From Camelus ferus (taxonomy: Eukaryota), in the NCBI RefSeq assembly GCF_009834535.1, contig NC_045724.1, positions 23,436,001-23,500,000 on the forward strand: 64,000 nucleotides of DNA, written 5' to 3'. This document shows, piece after piece, positions 38,374-50,399 of the stretch. Position 1 is the stretch's first letter. Each line of letters starts with the position of its first letter. The translations under genes were made by a program, and so were the position numbers. The notes beneath the pieces are model-generated. The model did no database searches, had not been told where the DNA came from, and saw nothing but the letters and a program-made list of their open reading frames with translations.

Positions 38374-41300
38374 GTTGGGCATTGACTCTGTTAGCTGTAA
38401 ATGATCAGTTACATGAGAAATAGAATTTCTCTAAAAAGTCTTAGGTAGACCATAAAATTTAAACCGAAATTCATTTGTCCAATAGAAGTGTTTTCTATCA
38501 ACCTTGCTGGCAGAGCTATTTTGGGAACGTTTTAAAACATAAACACATGTAGAGCGCACCATCTCCTGATTGCCAGCTCCTACTCACTGACACTAATGAG
38601 TCTGTTGACAGGTTAAATGTTGTGTATCATATACATTTCCAAGCTGTGGGATTTGCGAATAGAAGACTCATTTTTTATTTTGGAGAATGAATGTTTGCTG
38701 CTGATGACGCCTGAGAATTTTATTATAATTGTCTAATAGTATGTTTTTCCAAGCATTAGGCATATGCATTTCAGTGATAAAAATGATGAAAAGATCTGAA
38801 TGGAATAGCACGGGTGGCAGAAACAGATTCTCCAAAAGCATCCAGCTCCCAGGGGAGGATGGTTTGCTCAGTGGGCAACTGTCAAGTGACCCCAGGACAT
38901 TTAGGCACCGGCAGGAGGTGTTGTGAGTCCAGCGCACGGCCTGACCTGTTATGTGCTTGAATTTGATGCATAGTGGAAACAGCCCTCTGACTTGTTCACA
39001 ATTGTATTTTGCAGATGTTTTTCTTTAGCACGTGGGCCATGATGAAAAACTAAATGATCCTTCCTGCTAAATTTTGCAATATATAACGTACTAGATTTTT
39101 TTTCTCCTGTCACTTATAATAAGCCTGTCACTGAAGAATGTCTGAAAAAACAGGCATGGTATTTCAGGTTAAGAATAGTAACAAGTTGAATGAGGTCATC
39201 TTTCTATGCCAACTCCATTTCCAAGACACTTAAAGATTGTTCCAAACAAAAGCTCAAATTTTATTATGCCAATATGTCAGGTTGAAGTGGTTGGGCCCAT
39301 TTTAGTAAAAGAACACTGAGGCTTGGAAAAGCTGAGGTTTTTTCCCACACACCCGTATCTCTTCTGAGACCACCATCTTCATATCCTCACCTGCCACTCA
39401 GACACCTTTAACAAAGTGTCAGGTTTCCCTTTGCAGTTTCAGTTCCTTGCTTTCAGAGCAGACTTAGCTGGACTTCCCAGAAACACAAAGAGGGTTGCAG
39501 TTCAACCTTTATGTCCGTATTTTCTTTCTTTCTCCTGTGCTTTTTTCTGATCTATGTTATTTCATAGTTTGGACCTAAAAAGTTCTAACTATAACCCGAA
39601 TGGTTTGAGATTGATTGGTGGCTATTTTGGAAAATGCTCTCCATACCTTCCTTGCTGTTTGTGAGTTATGATCATTGATCCTGTTGCAAGTGAAGTCAAA
39701 CAAGTGACTTCTTAGTCGTGGCATCAGATGACTCAAATAGAACCACCCCGGTCTGCAGCTTACAAGGGCTCTGATGGCCATGATTTCAGACCAAGAAAGA
39801 AGGCTTCCCTGATTGTCACTGAGCCCCCTAGCATCTCAGGAGAAGGCCCACCTTCAGGAAGAGCTAAGCCCACTGGGAGTGGTTATTTTCTGAACACACA
39901 AACCAGAGCGGCCTCGGAGGAGTGGGAGCTGGGGACAGGTAGTGGGTGTGCAGGGACGGAGCGCAGCCAGCAGCCCTCTGAGGAAGCTGCCTTCGAGGAA
40001 GCCTGATCTCCTCTGTACTGTGAGTGCCGGGCTGTGTATTTGTAATGCTCTGACTTCAGCTAAGCTTCTTGCTTGTCAAGATGATGCTAAGTTTTAGTAG
40101 GAAGCTTCTGCTTGGCTGGAAGTTGAGGTGAGCACTCCCCTACCCGCAAGGTAATCAGTGAAGTCGACCCATAATCATAGTAACTGTCAGTTGGCGGCGA
40201 CCTGTATCTGTCAGAGGCCGCACAGGTATTGTTTCATTTAATCCTTCCCACGGTTCCTCCAGGATGAAAGTGATTGGCCAAACATCAAAGAGATAATATA
40301 TAATCAGAGCTCAGGTTCTGGGCCGGGAAGTGCCCAAGTCAGACTCCATCCGTGGTCAGCAAGGCCTCACTTGATTTTAGAACCTTGAGGTCAACATGTT
40401 GGTGTGCTAGCCTCAGTCCTCGCTGGTGTGGCGGTCACTGCGCTGTGTTAAGCGTGTGCGAACATTCCACATGAAGGGGGCACCAAATGAAATTGCAGAT
40501 ATTTGACCATCTGTTACCTATAAAAGCCGCAATTTCATATTTCAGCCGCAATTTCATACTCCATGTTTGTTCAGTCCCACAGAGAAGCTGTGCGGAGGTG
40601 AGGCGTGCACGTGTGTCTCTGCTTCTTTTATCCAGAGCGGTGACTCCTCCTTTCCCCTCTTTTCCATACCTTTGCCACTGTAGCTGCCCCACTTCCTCTG
40701 TATTCCCGTTACTTTTCTCATCCGGGTCCAGGACCCTCCCCATCCTTTCCTCCACCAAAGGATGAGCAAAGTACAGGAGGTCTTTGTGTGGAAGACGTCC
40801 CCTCCTTCCGCCCCTTCCCAGGGATCTGGGTAACTGAAGGAGGAGGAATTCTGTCTTCATTAAAATCAGGAAATTATCTCCAATTGTTCCACTTTTTTTT
40901 GCCTCATCCCTCTCTTCAGCTCCTCTTCAGCAGAAGCTTTGTTGGTAGCAAAGACTGTAGGAAGTGAGATGATCCTCAGAGATCTCGAGATCCACTTGCA
41001 ATTTGCTTCCTGGTAAAAGATCCAAAGAGTCGGTGTTGCGTATCAGAGGATGACGAGCAGAAACAGCAGCCTGTCCTGCCTTGTTCTGGCCCCTCGACTG
41101 CGGGAGGAGCCAAGCCAGAGGCAGAGGCCGTCTCTTTAGCTCTTGTCCTCTGCTCATCTGGCTTCTTTAGGAAGACTGTGAGTTTACTGATTTCTGCACA
41201 GCAGGGAAAAATGAAAAGAATGGCTGTAAACACATACAGTGTGTATCAAAGTTTACATAAAAAATACATACATACAAAAATAGGCCAATGCTGATTCCTC

Positions 41301-41659
41301 AACTCCATGCTGACTGCCTGCATGTGATGTAGCAAAAAGAATCTGGCCACAAGCAAAAATCAATTTAACACAGGTTTCTTTTTAAAAAAGAAAATGTATT
41401 AAAGCTCAAAGGCCGTACATGCTTTAAAACAGTATGTTAAAACCCAATGCATTTTACTCAATTATTAAATGGAAAAAAAATTTCTATTCGGTAATGGGTT
41501 TCCCCTCTGCCCGACTAGTTCCCTAAACACAAGCAAATCATTTAACTTCTTCGTACCTCGTTTTTCTCATCTGCGAAGTGAGGACATAGTCTCTGAGGTC
41601 TTCTCTTGAGTGAGCATTCTGTAATTTCATTTGAGCATAAATATAGAAGTCCAGAACAT

Positions 41660-42420
41660 TTATCCTAAGGAAAAAAATGCATAAGGTTATTTATCACAGT
41701 GTGATTCACGACAGAGAAAAGTTAGAAATACCCTCGATGTCTGGTAATAAGAAACTGGTGACATAAATTATAGAACATACACACAATGAGATTGTGCAGT
41801 CATTTAAACAGTAATGTAGATGATATTTATTGACATGAAAAATTATTCACAATCTATTTCAAGTGATCAGATGAGATCAAATTATGTGATGGTATAATAA
41901 TAATAATGTAGCTAACATTTACTGATAGTTCTGTTAAGCCAGGATATTGCTTGAATTATTTATATTATCTCGTTTATCTCAATTAATCCTGATATACTCT
42001 AAATGAATTGAATACTGTTACCATCCCTATTTTATAGATTTGGAAACTAAGTTCTAGAAGAATTAACTAACTACGTCTGCTAAGAAATGAGATTTGCAAA
42101 GAGCGTTTCTAACTCCAAAATCAGACCTTTATGTTCTGACTTGTGTTATGAGAAGCAAAAACAAAAACCCAAAAGAGAATAACAAACACAGACTAAAAAG
42201 AATCCTGAAAGATACACATGTGTTAACAGTGTGGGTTTTTTTGTTTTTTTCCTGAGTGATTGAATTAGAGTAATTTTTTTAGTGTATATTTTCTTTTTTT
42301 TTCCCCCGTTAACATGGATTATTTATAAAACAAACCAAAAAAATGTAGAACTGAATTTTGGAATATATAAATATAAACTCAATGTGAGAATTGAAGACAT
42401 CTGGAAAACTAAAAAGAAGG
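41660..42420 (+). mobile_element. Degenerate L1ME-like 3' region split by a MIR
   Basis: L1ME-like text at 41660-41865 (aaattatagaacatacacacaatgagattgtgcagtcatttaaa; atttattgacatgaaaaattattcaca) and again at about 42150-42420. Confidence 0.5.
41905..42120 (-). mobile_element. MIR SINE
   Basis: gtagctaacatttactga ... tgttaccatccctattttatagatttggaaactaagttctagaag. Confidence 0.7.
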
Positions 42421-45400
42421 CTAGACTGCATTTGTACATAAAATTGTATGCTAAGTGACAAAATTTCAATGTTTTAATTATGCCCTTTAAACACTGAATA
42501 TGGAATGATGACCTGTTACCAGAGCACCCTTGGGCTCCCCCCCCCAAGGGTTGCAGAAGCGGCTCCTCCACCTCAGTCTGCTCTCCCTCATCATCCAGGT
42601 GTGGTTGTGAGTTGTGCGGGGCAGTACGTGATTTCTTTCCCAGAAGCTTGTTTTGTTTTGTTTTGTTTTGCTTTTGAGTCAAAGAGGAGGTGCTTAGGAC
42701 AACTGCATACCACACCTGGTTTTAAAATGTCCCTTAAAAATACAGCTCACAGACTCATGTAGGCCCCCAAAGAACACTAAGAGGAAATAAATCTCTTCCC
42801 CATTCCAGTATCCTTAATGAATTAAGGCAGGAGGAATGCCCGTATGGAAATGCTAAGGACTTTTCTGGAAGTCCCTGGGGAGTGGCCCTAGCACCAGCCA
42901 TGGTGTTGGACGTCCCTGCCCTGCCCACCCTTGATCTGAGAATGCTGGGCGCTCTGCTCCCCAGCCCTGGATCCTCAAAGCTTCAGCCTGTTAACCCCAC
43001 CTCAGGGGTCAGCGCTCTCCCAAACCTGGCCCTCACAGACATTCTCTGGGGCGACCTCAAGTTAACTCTGGTTTCCAGTCTCATTCAGGCTTTGCATCCT
43101 GGTTGTTTAATAATCCAGTAAAAAACAGTCCCCGTAAAGGCTTGCTTTGGGCCCAGGACCCCAAAGTCTATTTTGATCGGTGGGATCAATCTTGCCCTTG
43201 ACATTTTCTTAGAGACTGGAGACCTGACCTCACGGTTGGACCTCTTGCTGCGTTGGACTGGCTCGTTTGTCAGTTTCGTGATCCTTCCTTCATCGCTTAC
43301 TGCATCTCAGCAGAAGTGTCCGCTCTTCTGGCCCTGTTATCAGGGTGAACCCACTTTTAACAGCCCCTGCACCATCCCAGCATTAAGTAATCCCTTTTTT
43401 GTTTACACGCTTATCTCTGAGCTTGACAGTTGAACATGCTGTTTATACCTAAGGTTTTTATCTCTTCTAATTCACTTCCTTTATAACAAACTGCCTTACA
43501 GTTCTTTGTATCTCAAATCACACTTTGCAGGATGCCCTGCACATAGTAGGTACACAATGCATGCTTCAATGGTGAATGAGGCACTCATAGCCTTTTACTT
43601 CACACGGGCTACCAAAATGAATGAGCACAAATAAAATAAATGTGGGACGTTCTACCCGAAATTGCATTTTGATAACTGTTGCTTGAAAAATTAGTACATT
43701 GTGTGTTTTTAAATGAAGATGATTTATTGCTATTGTCTAACATGTGAAGAAAGACCAAAAAATTGTTTGCAGGATCATTGGTTTGAACACATCAATGGCA
43801 CTGTTGGACAATTCTTGCTGAGTGTTAGGATGATTTATGTAACAGACCAAAGCTTTCCCTAGTAATACATTATAGTCTCAAGCTATCAACCTTTGTTCAT
43901 GCAGACACAAAAGAACCTGAAAAATACCTACTTCCGAAGGTACTCTCAAAAGAAATTGGAGATAACATTGATGCTGTTTAAACTCTCTTGAGAGAAATCA
44001 GTGCTACATGCAATATCTTAACTTCTGAAAGCATACAGATGAAGTTTATTATTTTTCTAATGAACTTAGTTTACTTTGCTTTTCATTCCGTTGTTTCAAT
44101 TATGCAACAAGAATTTTGGTAATACAAGACGAAACGTGTTTAAACATTGGCATTTGTCTACCCTGAGAGTTCAGGAATTATGTTACAGATGAAAAATTAA
44201 GGCATTTCATATACATTTGATGGCTGTGCTATTTATTTATCTTTCAAATAAAGACCTATATGAGGAACATATTTTACAGTGTTATAACCATAGCCATATT
44301 TTTAGTGTGTGCACGATTGCATGAAGCCATCACATAATTTAAAGATACGTACAAGATGATATCTTTTGAATTCTTGTGAGTTATGGGACTTCTTGTCACC
44401 ACAGGTTGAATGCTCTGTATAATGATTGCAATATGTGGACAAAGACTCACAAATTCAAGGCCCCTCTGGTGGAGAAACTAGATTTCTAAAAGAGAAGAAA
44501 AGACAAAATCCAGAAGAGATTTCCCATTCTTTGCTCCCAGTCAGGTTATAGTTAACACTCTAGGCAGTGTGAAAACATAAATCCTCTGTAGTCAAAAGAA
44601 AAATCAGCCTAATTAACATCCCATTTCCAGATGTAATAATATAGGATAAGGACAAAAAATAAGAAGAGGCCGTGGTGGAAGGAAATGGGCAGCAGAAGGA
44701 GAAAATAACGTCACCAGGACACCCGGGTCACGACTGTGGGAAGCACTGTGATGAGAGGGGAATGCGAGCCTGTCACTGAACAGACGGGGGGGATGAGTGC
44801 TTCCAGAAATCAGGGGAGAAGTTTCCTTTCTACCTTCACTGAAATGGGGGTGCAGGCGGAGCGGGACCTGGGGAGGACAATGGCTTTAGTCAAGCGGCTG
44901 GAAAGGTCCCCAAAAAAACAAATCAAACCTAATTACCTTCCTAAGCCCATCTCTTGATTCTTGTCACAAAAACGACCCATCTGATCAGCAATTCGATAAG
45001 AATCTCCCAGGAAAGACAGTCTTTCTTCGGACACAAGACAGTACCTTAGAAAGTACAGCTTCTGCTGCAGACTTAGCCGCTGAAATCTGAGGTCTCAGAT
45101 TCATCCGCCTCCCACGTGGGTCTATAGGATGGGGCCGACTCACCACCGGGGCAGGCCCGCCGCAGGTTCTCTGCAGGAGCCGAGTTCCGCACTTGCCTGA
45201 GCTCCTCAGCATCCTTCGCCTGTTCACCGTTTCCCACTACCTTTTCTTATTCTTTAGTTTCAAAAATGCAACTTAGTTCCATTAAAATAAAGGCAAAAGC
45301 TATTTATGGGGAGCAATTAAATGAATGCATTATGTATGAATGGCCTGCACTTGGCTTCAGTATGAGGTCTGATCAATGGAAACAGGCTGAGATTCCTTCA

Positions 45401-47969
45401 TAACGAAGTCTAAACCTCTCCTATTCGGTCTATAGTTGTTGGTGTTCTTGGACACGACCCAATCCGTGGCATCTGTCAACCCATTTGACAATAACCGTGG
45501 CTAGGCTAAAGCTGCCCTTTATCCAGAACTTTCTATGTGGCAGACATATTGCTAGGCTTCTTACCTATCGTATGTTTTTGCTTTGATGCTTATAAGGACC
45601 CCTGAGGGTCAGCGTAAACTGAGGCTCACCAGGAGCGAGAAGCCTGCCCCAGACCCTACACTGATACGTGCTTCAGGGAGCCCGGAGCAGCGCTGACTGC
45701 TGGGCTGCAGAGGCACCAGTCTTCCCAGCACGCTCTGTGGCCTAATCATTTGGCACCGACGAAGCGTTCTGAGCCTCTCAGCCAGTCCAAATCTGTCTCC
45801 TCATTAGGGAAAGATGTGGCGCTTTGTAAGCTAAATGTGCAAATGCCAGTGGTAAGGTTTTAAGAAAAATGACTTGAACTAGTCACGGGGTCTATTATTT
45901 AGAACCCTAAAAATAGTCTCTTGAGGATGATACTGTTCTGAAATTACTACTCGAATGCTTCCAACAGTCCCCTTGTGGCCTTTGAAAAGTTCATCTATAC
46001 TCCAGCATCAGCCAAGCTTCATGGGGGTACAGCCCACCCTACTCACCTTCCATGACCCTTGACTCTTGCTTGCTGGACACACACAGGCCCGCAGAGCCTC
46101 CGGGTCGGGGGTGGAGCTGGCAACGGCAGATCCCAGCGCCAGCAACAGAATAAGACTTGCCTATGTCTAGGCCCAGTGAGAAGCTTAGGCTTAGAGAGAA
46201 TCTGGTTGAGCAAGAGTAATATAATTTTGAGTTCTTTGAATCATGGAGATCATGCAGACTGGCTACGGCGTAGAGCAGACCCCTTTGCCTGCTTCTTTGT
46301 TTCCAGTTTACCTTCCTTAACATGGTGACGATCCAAGATAAAATTTAATGCATTGACTCGAGTTCCATACCGTTAACCCTAAGTACTTCTCTGCATTTGT
46401 GTAGATGGTCACCACTGACTTTTATCATTTCTTGGGGTGGAGGCAGCTATGTGGCTCAGACCGCTGAGAAGATTCTGATCTCTGGATGGGGAGGGGTAAG
46501 GCGCTCTCAAGACTGATGGGAAGATGGTACCACCTTGGAAGCTGGCACCTGCTGGGTGCACTGGAACCCAGCCCCACAGATTCTCAGAAGACGTGGACTG
46601 ACTCCTTGGTGGTCTCTTAGACGAAGACAAAAACAACATAGCCCTGTGTCTCATAGGGATATGCAAGGGTCTTAGGGAGGATCAAATGGTCTTTGGTCTC
46701 AACAGAATTGAAGAATGAACCAAGTCTCGGGAATACAGGGCATTTATTCAAGCCCATGGAGTAACAGCAGTAGATCCATAAACCTCATGACTTTGAAGAA
46801 CCACCTTCGCATTCATTCACTGGTGTATGCATTCATTCAGAGATTCATTTGTTAATTCACTCAACAAACATAGAACGTTGTTTATAACCAGCCAGCTTCA
46901 TGGGGAATAAGGGAAAATACTAACTCATATCTGATTGTTACCCCAAAACTGCAGGTCATCTCAAAGACATAACTTATAGGGTTAAGTCAGACTTACTCCT
47001 GTTAAGTTTTAAGAAACCAAAATCAAGATGTTATGCCATAAAGATCTATGTTGAAGAACTACCCTATTCATTTCCAAATTAAAAAATAATTAGCAATTAG
47101 TCTGGCATTGAAGTTGTTGTGAGCTCTGTGACATTTTGACATTTGTACAATTACCACGATACTTTTATTTAGTATCAGTTACACTGTAATAGGTTCCTTG
47201 CAAAAAAAAAAAACAAAACCTATCTCATGACTTCTAATGTAAAGAACAGAAACTACTAAGTAACCTTCTGTTGTTAAAATTCTTGATCCACATAACTCCC
47301 TGTTACCGGCTAAGTTGTGGAATCTGTGGTTTCGGTATGTAAGTGCACGGATTAAGTAAATTTAACACGTAATTACATGAAAATAAACCATGTAGCTTAA
47401 AATTGCAGTCCAATTGTTATCACTGGGTGTAAAGTAATACCAATTAAACCTTCCTTTAAAACACTGCAAATTAAGATTTAACTCCTGGAGAATTTCTAGA
47501 ATGTAAAGTTACAGTGTACTATAGGCAGAGTATCCCTGAGTGTTTTCAGAGGTTTAATGGCATTTATAAAATTAAAAACATCTTTTTCCTTTATGGCTGG
47601 CATTAATTGTACCTTATTCAGGAAAGTTTCAAACAGGCACCAGTTAACTTCTTAAAAGATACAGATCAATAGCTTCAGCCTTTGAAATGTTGACAAACAA
47701 TTTACGAATGCTTGTGCTCATATAGAGTAAGTATTTGATTTTAATGGGATGGGCATTGGGGTGGAATTTGGGAAGAGGAAAAACTTGATACTAACGCTGT
47801 TACTAATTCTTAAATTATGAAATTTTGTTGATCAAAAACAGTTGAGTATTGGCAACTTTGTATCATTCAACTTAATAAAATAATAGCAATTAAACTCCTT
47901 TTAGTAGTATCAGCAATAAAAATGCCTTCCTCTTTCGTATATTCATTCCTCAAATGTACTGAGTTGATT

Positions 47970-48135
47970 GTTTACCAGCTGAGTGAAAGTTATTTAACTT
48001 CAGATGCTCAATTTTCTCTTTAGGAAAACAGGGTATTAATAGCTACACAAAGGGGCTATTGTAAGGATTGGATGAAGACAGTTTAGTCAAAGGACTCAAT
48101 ACAGTGCTTTACGCTAATTCAGCGTTAATAAACGT
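47970..48135 (+). mobile_element. MIR fragment
   Basis: ttatttaacttcagatgctcaattttctctttaggaaaacagggtattaatagctac ... attgtaaggattggatgaaga. Confidence 0.6.
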
Positions 48136-49064
48136 GCTTCCTCCCCCCCCCCATTTTGCATCTTTTATGTTTCTTCTTATATGAATACTTATACCAGGGG
48201 CTGATGGTTTAGATCTACAGATTCAAGGTCTAAAATATCTCAGGCAAGCAAGAGTTCAATCAAACTTGCAATCTTGACACAGGGCACTAATACATTTTTC
48301 AGACAAGAGATAGATACTGTAAACAGGAAAATTTGGTAACTGATGTTTGAACTTCTAGTGCGGGTGATTTTTTTTTCTTTTAGCAGAACTTCAGCTATTT
48401 CAGAAAAATTATCTGCAGAGATGAATCAAATCTTTCCTTCCTACACCCCTAGTCTCTAACCCACACGTGCCTCTACATGACCCAGTCTCAGTGCCAGATG
48501 CTCCAAGGAGCTCTTTATTTAATCATGTCTTCTGACAAAACCTCAACAAATATATCAAAACTCGTACAACATTTAGCAAGTGCAACTTGAAGATTTTCTT
48601 TCTGTTAGACAAATAGACACCATCTGGAAAAAATAACCCCAGGCGCTTGGAAGCAGGAGTATGGAGCTTATTGGCTGCACACCCCGTGAATACCTTACAC
48701 TGCTTTCCTTGGCGCCTGCCCTCTGCCTGCTCATTTCAGATCTCGCACAGTCCAGCAGGGCTGCTGTCAGACAAGCGAGTCCTTGTCACCCACGCGCTCA
48801 GACTCCAGGAAGAAGCGCTTACTTTGAGAGACAGGCTCATGAGAGTTATCGGGACCCAATTTGTGTCCTTCGTGTTATGACACCTGCTCTCCAAAGACCG
48901 CTAAATATCACTGTTTTGATATGAATGGGGAACAATGTTGTAGTATTCGGTTCCTCCTTATATGTTCAGTGTTTACCACATTCCATTTCTACACAAGCGT
49001 GGCCTCATATAATCTTTCCTTCCGTCTTTGTTCCCTCCCTTCCCCTTTTATCTAAAAGCTACTT

Positions 49065-49350
49065 TCTGTAGGCAAATTCATAGAGACAGAAAGTCGAATG
49101 GCGGTCACCAGGGGCTGGGGGGAGCAGGTAGAGGGAGCTATTGTTCAGTGGGCGCAGAGTTTCGTTCTGGGGTGATGAAAGAATTCCGAGCATAGACAGT
49201 GGTTATGGTTGTACAACAATGTGAATGTACATAGTCCCATGGAACCATACACTTAAAAATGGTTAAAATGGTAAATGTTATATTATGTATATTTTATCAG
49301 AATAAAAAAGAATATTACTTAAAGATTTTAAAAAGCAAAAAAAAAAAAAA
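49065..49350 (+). mobile_element. L1MB-type 3' end
   Basis: aggcaaattcatagagacagaaagt ... ctggggtgatgaaa ... acacttaaaaatggttaaaatggtaaat ... aataaaaa, followed by an A-rich tail. Confidence 0.85.
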
Positions 49351-50156
49351 ATTAAAAATCTACTTACTGAAAGAAAAAGCCCACGTTATTTGTTTTACTT
49401 ATTGACTTTTATTCCTAAATTAGTATTATAATACTATTAGTGTCATTTTTGCCTTTTGAAATTGGCCAAACTGAATTTAAATGATGGCAATGTTATTTAT
49501 CATGTTTTAGAGGAAAATTAAATAAATGAGAGTAGTCAGAAGTCAGGAAAGCCATGTTATTTTTATTTTGATGACATAATCTTTGTGATAAAAATAGCTT
49601 TTAATGGCCTTCTCTTCATATATCAGACTTTCTCTGCAACCACACTTGTGCAACATACTTAAGTGACTTCTTTCCTAATTCTCTTTCTTTGGTCCATTGT
49701 GAGCACATGGTTCTTCAAAACCTGAAAGCAATTGGCCCAGAACTTCTGGAATTCATTTTATTACATCTCACGATCTGAGCAGTAGTGAGCCCTATGAAGC
49801 ATATTTGATCAAACATTAATCTGATAAATTGCCTTCCTGCCCCACAATTCCCATGAAAAAAAAAAAGTTATTGAGCTAGATTAAAACTCTGGAAAATTTT
49901 ACCGAGGACTTTGAAATCTGGTTGAGTTAAGCTTCTTGGGAACATAAAGCTGCCTGATGGAGGCGCTCTTTATGCGGGAGATGGACAGGCCTTTGAGGTC
50001 TTTCCTTCCGTGGGTAACAGTGAAACGGCGGCGGGATAACCTCACCTGCCGAGTCTAGGATGCTGCTGGGAGTATCTGAAGGGGACCTGTGCGTTTGTTC
50101 ACGACGATGAAGAGAAGGGGTGATAATTTGCAACCATGTTCCTCTTGTCTTTTCAG

Positions 50157-50399
50157 TCGTACCCTGGGCCAAGCCTGGAAAGTGAAGACTTCAACATTCC
50201 ACCCATCACCCCTCCGTCCCTCCCCGACCACTCGCTGGTGCACCTGAACGAAGTCGAGCCTGGCTACCACTCTCTCTGTCACCCCATGAACCACAATGGC
50301 CTGCTCCCGTTCCACCCACAAAACATGGACCTCCCCGAAATCACCGTGTCCAACATGCTGGGGCAGGACGGCGCGCTGCTTCCCGGCTCCATCTCCGTG
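50157..50399 (+). CDS. TOX: TOX coding exon 3 (243 bp, 81 codons, phase 0-0), part of the N-terminal region upstream of the HMG box
   Basis: Translates to SYPGPSLESEDFNIPPITPPSLPDHSLVHLNEVEPGYHSLCHPMNHNGLLPFHPQNMDLPEITVSNMLGQDGALLPGSISV. This matches human TOX as I recall it, and differs from TOX2, TOX3 and TOX4 around the shared IPPITPP motif. The acceptor is cctcttgtcttttcAG (AG at 50155-50156) and the donor is GTAAGC at 50400. Confidence 0.97.

Noticed and set aside
50136-50156. In-frame ACCATG 21 nt upstream of exon 3 (MFLLSFQ...)
   Set aside because: It is the polypyrimidine tract and acceptor of intron 2. There is no evidence for a transcript starting here, so it is not called as an alternative start.
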